From Eledone cirrhosa (taxonomy: Eukaryota): DNA of 64,000 nt. The stretch covers positions 68,014,001 through 68,078,000 of the forward strand of contig OZ024747.1 of NCBI GenBank assembly GCA_964016885.1, written 5' to 3'. The translations under genes and the position numbers were made by a program. Position 1 is the first letter of the stretch. Every line of letters starts with the position of its first letter. Below the pieces are notes generated by a model that was given only the letters and a program-made list of their open reading frames with translations, was not told the origin of the DNA and searched no databases. This document shows positions 1-13,064 of this stretch, one piece after another.

Positions 1-937
1 AGCTAATATCTAATACTTTATCAATTTAAAATCCTTTTCTCAAAGGCATATATATATATATATATATATACTTCTTTAAAACTATACCCATCTTTCTACC
101 TTATTTCAAAGTTATTTATTATACATTATATAATACTAGTTACTCATTCTATATCACTCCCATTTATCACTTCCCTTTCTTCCTTTTCCTTTTCTTTTCT
201 TTTTCTTTTAATTTCTAACCCCTAATCTGTATATTTTCTCATTGTGCCTAACATAGAAACAATTATTACACAGTACAATATATTCTTACTTTATATCACC
301 TTGAAAAAACCCTTCGTAAACATAAACATTTTTTTTTTTTGACGTTAGATTATTCATCCTCAATTCATTATTTTTTTCTCCCTTTTCATGCTCATCTAAC
401 TTATTCATCCTATCTTCTACTTCTTTCACAATATATCCTTACTTACATTACTATTGCCTTTTTTTAATAATACATATCAACATTTTCTTTCCATCGCACA
501 TATTATTAAACCCTTAAATATTATTCTTAATACATATTAACAATTTCTTTTCATTGCATATATTATTAAATCCTTCAATATACAAATCTTAACTTAACAT
601 CATTTTTCTCTTCGTTAATTTTCAAATTCTTTTAATTTATATATTATCTTCCAACGGTTTTTCAACCTCTCTATGTAAAACAATATATTTTTCTCAGTTA
701 TAAAAGCTATCTCTCTCTCTCTCTCTATCATCCATCTCTCCTCCTATCTCATCCTTCCTCATTATACTCCTCCCCCTCCACTTTTTACTCTCATCTCCTC
801 TTTTTTACCCCCCCCCCCCCCCGTCAAAAAGTTTTTTCCCAATATCACACATCAATCTAAAACTACTTTTCATATGTTGATTTAAAACTGCACTATCCAC
901 TCCACAAGTGTTTTTTAACCTTCATATCATGTCTTCC

Positions 938-1008
938 TATTTTATCTGATGAAAACACAAATGTTATTGCATGATGATATTTGTTTTTGAAATGCGCATA
1001 ATAAAATA
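938..1008 (+). ncRNA. Minimal type I hammerhead ribozyme (Penelope/retrozyme type)
   Basis: Stem I TATTTTAT (938-945) pairs with ATAAAATA (1001-1008). Core CTGATGA at 946-952. Stem II of about 16 bp (953-968/973-988, one mismatch plus G:U pairs). GAAA at 989-992, palindromic TGCGCA in place of stem III, and triplet AUA with predicted cleavage after 1000. Confidence 0.8.
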
Positions 1009-1038
1009 CATTGAACTCTTTTAACCATCTTTTGATCT

Positions 1039-1076
<38 letters not shown>

Positions 1077-1264
1077 ATACTTGGGGAGGGTCATATTTGT
1101 GTAATATTGCCAGAATTAATAACAGAACACACTCACTGTTTGGTTGGTTTTCGCTACTGTGTCTTTTATATCGGTTAATTTAATTTATTCGGTCCTCAAT
1201 GTTGCCATTGACTGACCAACGATCAAAAATACAGATACAGTATAGACACAAACACATATATATA

Positions 1265-1780
1265 TAGTTTATCAAAGTTCTTTCGTTGCACATCTGCAAC
1301 ATCGTCAGTGGTGCTATTGTTTCCTCCCGTTGCATTGTATTTTTTACGCCATCTTTATTTAGTCTGTTTATATATTTATTTATTTGTTTATTTTTTGTCT
1401 TCTTTGCGCATGCGTTTGCGTGTGTGTATAGTGTTTTGTTTGATGTGTTCGTGATTGGGTGGCTGTGTATTGGTTAATGTATTCTATCTTTACTAGTGTG
1501 TGTTTATATGTGTTTGTTGTTATTGTGCTTGTGTATGTATTTATTTATCTATTTATTTATTTATCTATACTTCTCTTAGGTCAGTGTTGTTTGTTTGGGT
1601 GTTGTTATTCCATTCATTTTTTCTGTTCAGCCTTGGCCTTCTAAGTTCTATTTCACTGGCCTCTCTGATTTGCCTATCTGCTGGGTCATTTCTATGTTTA
1701 GATATTATTCTAATTTCTATGTTGTCTATGTTACCGTCGTGTTGTTGTCTGGCATGTTCGTACAGTGAAATAGAACTTAG
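1265..1780 (-). mobile_element. 3' fragment of a Penelope-like retroelement (GIY-YIG C-terminus plus 3' UTR)
   Basis: Minus frame 1768-1565 has no start codon, so it is absent from the ORF track. It reads SLYEHARQQHDGNIDNIEIRIISKHRNDPADRQIREASEIELRRPRLNRKNEW...stop, resembling PLE GIY-YIG ends. It is followed by an A-rich UTR and a hammerhead core, and is bounded by (TA)n. Confidence 0.7.
1271..1312 (-). ncRNA. Minimal hammerhead ribozyme motif in PLE 3' region (possibly slightly decayed)
   Basis: Minus strand reads ACCA-CTGACGA-T-GTTGCA-GATG-TGCAAC-GAAA-GAAC-TT-TGAT. The core is intact and stem II is a perfect 6 bp. Stem III is very short and stem I has one mismatch. Confidence 0.6.
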
Positions 1781-2465
<685 letters not shown>

Positions 2466-2510
2466 GATTTGGTAAAATATATGTTAGTTAATCAACACTA
2501 TTGTATTCAG

Positions 2511-2740
2511 GATTGAGCACTCTTCGAAGTATTCAAGTAGGTCTGTTTACTCCAGAGTATAATTATAAGAATGCAGTCAACAAGTTAGACTTTACTTCCT
2601 TGTATCTAAAGAGAGGTCTTCCTACATTTTGCATGCACTCCCACTTGAAGTTGGCGATAAGTGAGGATTTTCGGCAATCTTTCATCATTCATCCTAACAA
2701 CATGGTCAACCCATCTTATTTGGAGAGATTAAGTTGCTAA
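2511..2740 (+). CDS. Probable terminal coding exon of an unidentified plus-strand gene
   Basis: Acceptor ttgtattcAG at 2501-2510. A complex open frame (G)LSTLRSIQVGLFTPEYNYKNAV...FIIHPNNMVNPSYLERLSC runs to TAA 2740, with AATAAA at 2755-2760. Product not recognised. Confidence 0.5.
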
Positions 2741-4669
2741 TTGAAACATAACTTAATAAATTTTCTCACATAAAATCATGATGGGAGGAATTTAGATAAC
2801 TATAAATGGCTTAGTATTGTAGAACCAGGGGTGGTTTGGTATCAAAGGGACTAAAATGCTTCCAGAAGTTTCTCTGTTAGAAGTGAGATGGCCAAGTGGA
2901 TGATATATATTTTGATCTGCACATGGTATTTTAGTTTAACATGACACAAAAAATACATGTTACTGTTACATGTCGCCATTGATAGCACATCTCCTCATTG
3001 CACACTCAAGAAACACGATAAACTGAAATTTTCATTTTTCTTTTCACTCTGTTTTTGTTTTTCTTCTTTGTTTTAAATTCCTTGACATTCACAAAGCTTG
3101 AAGCATTTCGTCATTATTACTGAAAAGAAGAAGAGGGGCAGACATTTCTTCAGCTAGACAACTTCCTGAAGCTATTTATGTTAGATGATGGAGATTGGAG
3201 GTGTGTGGAGACACACACACACACACATTACTGTATATAGGGAAACTTGTAGAATAGCAATTTCACACAAGCTGGCTGACTTTGGTGATAGGTAGTAGGA
3301 AAAATAATAGTTTAGACATAACTCTACAGTTAACACAATTTTATAAACTCTATGTAGAAATGAAGCTATAAGCTTGTTTTTTACTGCTTAGTCAGAGAGA
3401 GAAGGGCAGTGGCAATGATTTTTTCAGGGGCTCCAAAGAGAGGAAAAGATGTATCCTTAAACTGGAGATATAGCTCCTATGCTCGCAACATAGTGGACTC
3501 CACTAAAGGGACCCAAAAGCCAGATTCTGTTAAACCATGCAAAGGATTATGTCTAAGCAGTCTACAGTGGGATTTGCAACCAGCTAATGGATACCATCCA
3601 AATAGGCTACAGAGCAACAAGCCATTATAAATACTGTACAATATTTCATCTGATGCTCTAACAATTCCTTCTGTCCACTGCTCTAGACTGGTACTTTAAT
3701 TTATTGATTGCAAAAGGTGGAAAGTGCAGTTGACCCCGATGGAATTTCAACTCATAACATAGAGATCCACTTTGTCCCTATGTTCTAACGAGCCACCTGT
3801 GGATGTTAAATAGCCTAATATATTTTGCAACCCCCAGATTTTAATGTTTATTGTATGTATGTGTAAGCCTTCATAGTTAATAAAGAACAAATAAATGATT
3901 CTCAAAATTGCTAGAGATTTGAACAAAAGGATTTGACATATTTCGTTTATGGCTCTTTACATAGATGGTAAATTAGCTGAGTCATGAGAGCATCAGATTA
4001 AATGCCTCTTTTTTTTTTCATTTTGTCCGTATGAATTTCTGCACTCAGAATTCAAATCCCATCAAGGTCAACTTAGCTTTTCATCATTCCAGGGTCAATA
4101 AATAAAGTACTAATCCAGGAATAGTGTATGGACACAAACATTCAGGTGGAAAGCTTTGCAGTATTTGATCTGGCACTGTGTTCTGAATTCAAATCCTGCC
4201 TCCTTCTGGCAAGTGTTACAGTGAGCAGATAGTATCAGCCATGGAAAGACAAAAGCAACCATAGGTTTATTTGGTCCGATCTAATGATCAACCCCTTTCC
4301 ATTTTTATGTTCTGACTTCAAATCCGGTCGAGATCTATTTAGCTATGGCTTTTGGGTTTGACAAAATAAAGGATCAATTAAATACTGGGGTTCTTTGAAT
4401 GGACTAACCTTGCCCCACAAATGTATGACCTTGTACCTAAATTAGAAACAATTATTTGGATTACCAGAGAAAAGAGGGTTGTTCTTTTTGTTCTTTCGTT
4501 TTAAGTACTTTTTAAGTAACACAAAAATTCAGCTATTTCCGTATGTAATTGGACAATAAGATAAAAATGAATGATATCTAATTGATCTGTATATATACCA
4601 AATCTGAGGGATTTGTTAGTAAACGAAAATGATTGTAATTGATTTAAATTAATGTAAACTGAAATTATA

Positions 4670-4822
4670 GGTGGCTAATTGGCAGAGTCATTAGAACATT
4701 GGATAGAATGATTTATGGTATTCATTCCGGCTCTTTGAGTTCAAATTCCGTAGAGATCAACTTTACCTTTCATCCTTTTGAGATCGATAAAAAAAGTACC
4801 AGTCTAGTACTGGGGTCGATTC
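4670..4822 (+). mobile_element. tRNA-derived SINE (family 1, Meta-like central domain), plus orientation
   Basis: A-box-like TGGCAGAGTCATT and B-box GAGTTCAAATTCC, then ...CTTTACCTTTCATCCTTTTGAGATCGATAAAAAAAGTACCAGT shared with more than 20 copies in the window. Confidence 0.7.
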
Positions 4823-5740
4823 TTCCTCTATATCTCTTTCTCATTTCCTCTCATTTCCTCTCTTTCACTTTCTATCTTTCTCTGGAAGAAATCTGCTCTA
4901 CTCAGGCTTGGAGAGGGATGGGCTCCGCCAAGCTTAAAATGACCAAGAACCACTGTATGACAATACAGCGCTCCTACAACTCTATCAGGAGTTACGGGAC
5001 CATACATACAAACTGAAATTAAGTTGGATGATAATTTTTTATGCATTTCATTATGTACAGCAATTGCCAGAGATTACTTAGAAGAGAATTAAAATGAAAG
5101 AACACCAATTTTTTTTCTTTCTGCTCCATGATTTTACTTTTAATAGTGACTCAAGTGGGTGTTTTCTGTTTTAGTTTTAATGTAAACTGTTTTAAACAGG
5201 AGTTTGTGTTTAATTTCGTATTTTCTGCTCCGCTGGAGGTGGAATAAATTGTTGTTGCTTTTTCTGCTTTAGTTGACCTTTTGAAATTTCTCGCTGAGAT
5301 ACTCTATTTTAAATTATTTTTTCTAAACATGGAGTCTTCGGCGGTGTGAGGAGATGTCAGTCATGAAGGCAGAGAAATGTAAGCAAAACACCCTCTTCAC
5401 ACAAATAAGTAAATAAAGCATTCAAATTTGAAATATATGTGTGTGTGTTTGTATGTATGTAACATTTTATGTTTTATTGTCTGTTTAAATGAGGAACCTG
5501 GAAAGATAGATGTGTAAGTAGGTGAAGTGAAAGAGGAAAGTGAGGCTTAGGATAAGATAGGTTGAAATGGTGACATGATGAAATAGGGGTAAATAAAATT
5601 ATTTATCTTAATCTTACTTCACTACTACTGTCTCACCTTGCTTACATAACACTGCCTTGAACCACATACAACGACAATAGGTAGAAAACCTACTATATAT
5701 ATCTTTTACTCTTACCTGTTCCAGCTATCCGGCTGAGGCA

Positions 5741-5777
<37 letters not shown>

Positions 5778-6456
5778 TATATACAGAGAGAGAGAGAGAG
5801 AGAGCGCGCAATAGCGAGAGAGAGAGAGCGAGAGAGATTAGGACTTAACTGAACAATGATCTTACTAGTCTAAACAGGTAAGTACTCGATACTTGGGAAC
5901 GTATAGTGTAGGTATTGTAAAGTGTTAGTGCTCGAAGGCTGAGCTCTTGCCATTTCAGACATAGATGTGTTATTAAATTTTCTAAGAATCTATATAACGT
6001 TGTAAAGAGTCTAGGCCTTGCTCATTTACCAGATGAAGTGCTAGATTCAACACATGCTGTTTCATCACAAAATGATTCGTTTTTACTATATATATATATA
6101 TGACCCGAATTACTTGGTCGTTTTTTTGGGGCTGCGCGGATGATTAGTTTAACCACAATCTCAGTGTGTTTGGCCTTTAACCTATGTTTTAGCTGATTCA
6201 TATGATCATCGAGCGCTTGCCACACATCTCGGAAGTTGTTTTTCGTTAATTCCTGAGCTGAAATACGGTTCTCGCTAATTTATATTTATATATATAAATA
6301 TATATAATATGTATCATTTGATATTTATATACTATTATATCATCTTTACAGCCCCACCCAGCGCCCCCCCCCCCCCTTGACCTTCTCACACTCTTGCTGT
6401 GCCAGCAATAGGCTGGTGCTTTCTTTATCACCCCCAAATTGACGGCTTTGGTTGGT

Positions 6457-6675
6457 TTAACCCTTTAGCATTTACATTACTCTATATTTACTATTGTATT
6501 TTTGTGGTAAAAGCTTTATCTCACATAATATCGAATCTACAAGATGATGTTGAGGTTATATATTTTGAGAACAATACCTTAACATAAGTATGATTGGACA
6601 GTTATGGCTGATTTGAACAGAAAGAGGTGAAAGAATTCTGGCCAGATGTTGCTGGTTTAAATGCTGAAGGGTTAA
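6457..6675. mobile_element. piggyBac-type MITE (TTAA/CCC...GGG/TTAA)
   Basis: TTAACCCTTTAGCATTTA ... AAATGCTGAAGGGTTAA terminal inverted repeats. Internal sequence is shared with copies at 16426, 18551, 34620 and 35406. Confidence 0.8.
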
Positions 6676-7294
6676 AAAAATATCCAACGCTGCAAATAAA
6701 GACAAAAAAGAACAACAAATGTTGATGATCTAGAAGAAAAAAAAAAGGTTTTTCTTTATTAAAATGAACTGACACAAGTTGCTACAAAATCTCATTGTGA
6801 AGATCATGGCCACGAATGTGGCCCCTTTTCAGTCTTTTACTGTTTTTCTATGTAGACTTTTCTTGTCCCATTTTTGAATATTTATTTATTTTAGTTGTCA
6901 CAGCAAAGGACATGCTGGAGCACCGCCTTATACATATACATTTATATATGTGTGTGTGTGTGTGTTTGCATGTATATACGTCTGTGTGCATATGTATGCA
7001 TAAATATGTGTATGTATATGCATATATATATGCCTATATATAATTTTTTTCAACATATACACACAGTCAGTTGGAATGTCACGAAACATCCACAGTCCAA
7101 TCCATTAATTTCACATTTTAAACACGAAATAAAAAAGACAAAAAATATGTTGGAAACAACCCATTAATGGATTTGATATGTCTATTGTTTTATTTATTTA
7201 TTTTTTTTAAGTTACCTGTTTTGTTTGTCTTTTTACACTTTTACATCCATTCTATATCATTACAGATGGATTTATTATTACTGCTAATAATAAT

Positions 7295-7505
7295 AATGGT
7301 TTTTAATTTATGCACAAGGCCAGCAATTTAGGAGGAAGGAGAAAGTCAATTAAACTGACACCAGTATTTGACTGGTACTCTATTTTATTGACCTAGTAGG
7401 ATGAAGAGCAAAGTTGACCTCAGTAAAATTTCAACTCAGAATATAAAGAACTAGAATAAATAGCACAAGGCATTCTTTTCGACACTAATAATTCTGCCAT
7501 CTGAT
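7295..7505 (-). mobile_element. SINE family 1 copy
   Basis: GCACAAGGCCAGCAATT ... CTGGTACT ... GGATGAAGAGCAAAGTTGACCTC ... TTTCAACTCAGA with (TAA)n tail. Confidence 0.7.
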
Positions 7506-7538
7506 TAATAATAATAATTTTTTTTTTTTTTTTTTTTT

Positions 7539-7560
7539 GTGTTTGTGTGTTTGTGTGTTT

Positions 7561-7623
<63 letters not shown>
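7539..7623. repeat. (TG)n microsatellite after a poly-T run
   Basis: Directly visible. Confidence 0.95.
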
Positions 7624-7624
<1 letters not shown>

Positions 7625-7894
7625 TTTACATAGTGTTGGAGCAATATCCTTTCTCACTGTTAACCACAGAAACTGAACAACACATGTAAAAAACCTGTTT
7701 GTCAACCAGGATTGCATAAAATTAAACAGTGGTTGGTTGGTTGATTGTATTGAGGGAAATATCTTGAATTAACTCAGATTTGAACCACCAACACCACTAC
7801 AGCACCTTGCTTCGGAGAGAAAGAGGGGCAAGTATCCATGACTTTTGCAGGAGCAGTCTCCAAGACATTTGAACACACACACACACTCACTCAC

Positions 7895-7948
7895 CCTTCT
7901 GGTTCCAGACATATGAGATTGATCTGGGTGCACCAGCTGCATCAAAGT
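7895..7948 (-). other. Candidate 54-nt exon (probably 3' UTR exon of the MyRIP-like gene)
   Basis: Minus strand: ttttctatgcAG|ACTTTGATGC...CCAGAAGG|GTGAGT. Consensus acceptor and donor surround unique sequence. Confidence 0.35.
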
Positions 7949-8724
7949 CTGCATAGAAAATGACAATGCTGCATCATTCAATTATGCAACCATTACACCC
8001 ATATAAATCAAATGCTGTAAAAATATTATTGGTGTTTTTAATGTTCTTTTTACGACACATTTTTCTTCAAATTTTCTGGAATGTTTGAGTTGTAAATAAA
8101 TAAGAGAATAAATACCCTTACATAGACTTTTCTTAAGGTGGGTTACAAAAAAAAAAAAGGGTGATATCCATTAGAATATGGAGCGGGTTTTTGTTATATA
8201 TCTTTTTATATGCATATATATTTATCTTCCTTTTGTTTTGCTTTCAACACACACTATATGATTTTAGTTATATCATAAAGTTTGTCATTATTATTATTGT
8301 TATTATTATTACTAATTAAAATATGTTCAGCTGTCATTTACTGCTGAATTTCTAAATAAATCTTTTTTAAATTAGATATTAAAAATCTGGCTTTTTTTTT
8401 TTTTTTTTTTTCTAGCCCCAGGTCAGCCTTGATCTAACAGTCCTAATATCAAAACAAAGCTATTCTTGCTGTGACAATCCTGATTTTTGTTTTTATTCAA
8501 TTACAATGTATCCAGTATCCTTTCCTTCATAAGAGTAGAGTTGGCAGCTATTCCTAGCAGCTTTGAGTAACTAAATAAATGTGCTTGGCAGGCGGATTAT
8601 GGTATGTGTAGTGATTTTTATAGAATAAAAAAATCTGTGTGCATTGCATTCCTTGACTTCAGTCATAAGATTGAGACAATGCTAGAGCTCCACTTTCAAA
8701 GGTTTTAGTTCGTTATTTCAACCT

Positions 8725-9010
8725 CAGCTCTCAATCGCAAGGATATGAGCTTGATTCCTGGACTGGATGGTGCATTTTGTCCTTGAGCAAGACACTTTAT
8801 TTTACATTGTACCAGTCCACTTAGCTGGCAAAACTGAGTTGTATGTGTAATTCAAGAAACCAGCCTTGTCACATATTGTGATGCTGAATCTCCCTGAGAA
8901 TTATGTTAAGGGTGTACATGTCTGTGGAATACATACATGTTAATTTCATGAGCAGGCAGTTCTATTGATTGAATCAACTGGAGCACTCATTGTCGGAAAT
9001 GTCAGAGGTC
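8725..9010 (+). mobile_element. tRNA-derived SINE family 2 (CORE-like domain)
   Basis: TGTCCTTGAGCAAGACACTTTATTTTACATTG is shared with copies at about 22275 and 59755, and with reverse copies at about 12110, 39470, 42560 and 50840. Confidence 0.65.
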
Positions 9011-9019
9011 CAACAACAC

Positions 9020-10063
9020 TATTTCTGGTACTTATTTTATTTATTTAGTCAGGAACAAAAAGCAAATCCCTGTTGGTATAAAGGGAGAAAACTAGATGAG
9101 CAGTAGATACCATAAGTTCCACACTAACACACACACACACAAAGCAGTATATTTGATTAAATCAACCTCAATAATTTGTTTTTATAACACTGACACAGGC
9201 TCACACATTTTGATAATGAGCCTGGTTAATTAATCCCCAGTACCTGGTAGGTACTTATTTCATCAAATCCCTGGAGAGATGAAAGGCATAAATTACACCC
9301 AGCTGGATACAAACTCAGATCATAATGAGATAACTATATACTGCAAAAGCTTTTTTGTCTGGCACCCTACAGAGTCTGCCATCCACCACCCAATATATAG
9401 TGATCGCAATTCTTTCTAACAATTGCACAAAACCAGTAATTTGGGGGAAAGAGAAAGTCATATCGACCCTATTACTTAAAAGGTATTTTATTTTATCTAC
9501 ACAAGAAAAATGAAAAGAATTGATGGCCTCAGCAGGATTTGAACACAGAATGTAATGAGCTGGAACAAATTACTGTAGAGCAATTTAATTGACACTAATG
9601 ATTCTGCCAATCTATCACCTGTCATATTATAATAGTATTAAAGTTTCTAATTTAGGTAAAGGCTAGCAATTTAGGGGGAGGGTATAGTCATTTACATTGA
9701 CCCAAGTACATGACAGGTATTTTATTTTCTCCCCCCAGAATGATGAAAGTCAAATTTGACCTCAGTGAGATTTAAAATCAGAACACAAAGGCCTGGAACA
9801 AATACTGCAAAGGATTTGTTCAATGCTGTAGTCATTCTGTCAAGCCTATAATAACAATAACAAATGTTTCTACTTTAGGCACAAGGCCAGCAATTTGAAA
9901 GGGAGAGGGGAAAGTTGATTAAATTGACCCAGTCCATTACTGGTACTTGATTTTATTGACCCCCCCGTAAGGACGAAAGGCAAAGCTAACCTCGGCAGGA
10001 TTTGAACTCAGATCTTAAAGGGGCGTAACTATGCTGCAAAGCATGGCGTCCGACGCTCTTCTG

Positions 10064-10065
<2 letters not shown>
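9020..10065 (-). mobile_element. Cluster of about five co-oriented SINE family 1 copies
   Basis: The unit (..CACAAGGCCAGCAATTT..GGTACTT..GAAAGGCAAAG..GATTTGAACTCAGA..) recurs at about 9020, 9230, 9410, 9645 and 9865 with different degrees of divergence. Confidence 0.75.
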
Positions 10066-10102
<37 letters not shown>

Positions 10103-10472
10103 GAGGTGCACCAGTTGATGCAACATGAAACAGTCAAAGTAATAATTACTATTACATTGATAATAATAATAATAATAATGATAAAATGGCTAGTTATTTA
10201 GTACAGTACAATGTTCATTAATGTTAGTTGCTACACCAAACTATACAGTTTGAACTTTAATAAAAACAAAAAAGCGAGAATAATTAAACATAAACCATGC
10301 TTCTCAATTAGTTAAAACAATGATGGTGATAACAATAATAATGTTGATATTGATGGTGAATGTAAATATAACAATAATGGTGATGATGACGATGATGATG
10401 ATAGAAATAATGAAGTTTATTTACCCGAGTTTATGAAACAGTAATTTTCTCTGAACCGATGCAGACTGCCTA

Positions 10473-10505
<33 letters not shown>

Positions 10506-10994
10506 GGCCAGCTAGGCAGCTGCTTAAATATATAATTTCCTGCGACTAATAAATAAATCGCAAAACATCTTTGTCATATAGCAGCATTGTGAATTTTTTT
10601 AAAGCAGTGGAGAGGGTCGATGGTTTTAATGACCTGTTACATGATTTGGCATGGGTGAATGTGGACTGTGTAGTGGAAAATACAGGCTTAGTAATTTTTT
10701 TTTCGTGTGGCAAGTTCAAGAAATATACAAAACTAAGTGTGTCAGGTTATCAAACTGCAAATTGAAATTATTTTATTTGGGAGATGGATGTATACACTGT
10801 AGAGCTAAACAAGGGTGTTAAATACCCAAGCGCTGGCCCTATGTTCTGCGCATGTGTGTGTGCCTGCATGTGTATCTGTGTGAATATATGTTTGTCTCTG
10901 TGCATGTCATTATAACACAACATCAGCAATTGCTGTCTTTTAGATTAAAAATTAAAAATCTAAATAGTAACAAGAATAACAATACCAATAACAA

Positions 10995-11395
10995 TGATTT
11001 CTAATTTAGGCACAAGGCCAACAATCTGAGGGGAAGGGGTTACTCAAATCAACCCAGTATTTCACTGGTACTTTATTTTATTGAACCCCTAATTAAATAA
11101 AATGTAAAGTTGAACTCAGAATGTAAAGAACAGGAAGAAATGCCACAATGCATGAATGATTCTTTCAATCCACCATATCTTAATAATGGCTTCTTATATA
11201 GGCACAAGGCCAGTAATTTGGGGGGAGAGGAAGTCGATCAAATCGACCCTAGTGCGTGACAGGTACTTTATTTTATCGACCCCATAAGGATGAAAGGCAA
11301 AGCTAACCTCGGTGGGATTTGAACTCAGAGCGTAAAAGGCCATAACTGCAAAGCATGTTATCCAACACTCTACTGATACTGCTAATCCACCACCC
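10995..11395 (-). mobile_element. Two tandem SINE family 1 copies
   Basis: Same diagnostic motifs as above, head-to-tail. Confidence 0.75.
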
Positions 11396-12499
11396 TTGAT
11401 TTGAACCATATAATAATAATATTAATAAAAATAATAATAATACAAGTGAAACTAAAGAGCTTAAATGAATTATTGATGTTGTCTTTTTCTTCTTCCTTTT
11501 CTGCTTTAAGCCACAATCTCTGTTCTGAAAATAAATTCAGGTAGATTTGTTCTCCTCTATTTTCTCTGCCATCCCCTGAGTCAAATATTGCCAAAATATT
11601 TTAATATTTCTTTTAAATGACAACAGATTTTGTTTGACTTCCACCACTGTCTGTCTGTTTAACTCTCTCTGTCTGTGTTTAACTCTTTCTCTCTTTCTCT
11701 GTCTGTCTGTCTGATTCTCTCTCTCTCTCACATATACAAAATTATACTCATATACATAAAAATGCAAAACATATTCACATATACACACAAAATTATACTC
11801 TCTCTCACACACACTTGCAAATCATCATATTCACACATATACACAGACAAAATCATACCATTTCATACCCACATACATAGGTGTATGTTTGTCTATGTTT
11901 GTGTGTGTGTGTGTGCATGTGCATTGGCTCTCTGCTGATTCCAATGATGAGTGTTCCAGTTGTTTGATTAATGGAACAGCCTGCTCATGAAATTAATATG
12001 CTAGTGAGTATTCCACAAGGAGATTCAGCATATCACAATGTATGATAAGGCTGGCCCTTCACACTCACAGTTACAACACATTTTCACCAGCTGAAAGGAC
12101 TGGAGCAACATGAAATAAAGTGACTGGCTTAAAGATAACGTGGTGCTAGGAATCAAACTCATTATGCTCACATATTCACACAAAATCATAATTTCTCTCT
12201 CCCTCTCTCTCTCACACACACACTTACATAAGCTGAACAACCTAAGCACTAAGCCACATACCTTCACAAATACACATTTGCAAAATATCATACTCTTGCA
12301 AAATCATACTGTCATAGGTACATGCACAGAAATACACAAACACACAGAGTTTATATAATCAGTGACATCCCACAGGCAACATTTCACAGTAAACAAGTTA
12401 ACAGACATGATACATGGAGAGACAAACAAAATTAATTATCAGTAGTAGCACTAACATAGTATTCAGATTCAGAATAAAGGCTTATAGAATATGTTTATA

Positions 12500-12720
12500 A
12501 TGGTTTCTGAATTAGGCCCTAGGCCAACAATTTTGGAGGAGGGGAAAGTTGACTAAATCCCCTGCCCTCAGTGCATTACTGGTACTTTACTTTATCGACC
12601 CTGTAAGGATGAAAGGCAAAGCTAACCTTGGCATGATTTCTACTCAAAACTTAATGGGCTGTAACTATATGCTGCAAAGCATGTTGTCTGACGCTTTACT
12701 AATACTGCCAATCCACCACC
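12500..12720 (-). mobile_element. SINE family 1 copy
   Basis: Minus strand begins GGTGGTGGATTGGCAGTATTAG and contains the CCTTTCATCCTTACAGGGTCGATAAA core. Confidence 0.75.
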
Positions 12721-13064
12721 CTGAATATGTTTATACTAATCTTTAGCGCGCTCTAGGTGCCTTATGTCACCAATAGAGTAATCTCCCTTTAATACAGAAT
12801 ACAGTGTCAAGGGAAGTAATTCATAAAATAATTCAGCATGCTAAAGATTAAACACACATAAGTCTTTCTGTGGGTATTTTATACCGTGATCAATGAGACT
12901 TATGTACGTATATTATACATAAATATATTTCATATATACCACTATACGCAATTAAATGGTTCCTTCATGAAAAAAAACAACGAAACCATACAAATTCAAT
13001 ATCTTATTATTTCTGTTGCTGCTAAATGTGGTATTTATAATCTGTATAAATTTATATCTCAATT

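Noticed and set aside
5328-5385. Short GC-richer stretch ending in ATGAAGGCAGAGAAAT|GTAAGC as a plus-strand first exon
   Set aside because: Only a donor-like motif is present, with no downstream plus-strand exons identifiable.
6022-6225. 67-aa minus ORF
   Set aside because: It starts at a non-ATG codon, crosses a (TA)n tract and has no splice signals or recognisable family. Probably a repeat remnant.
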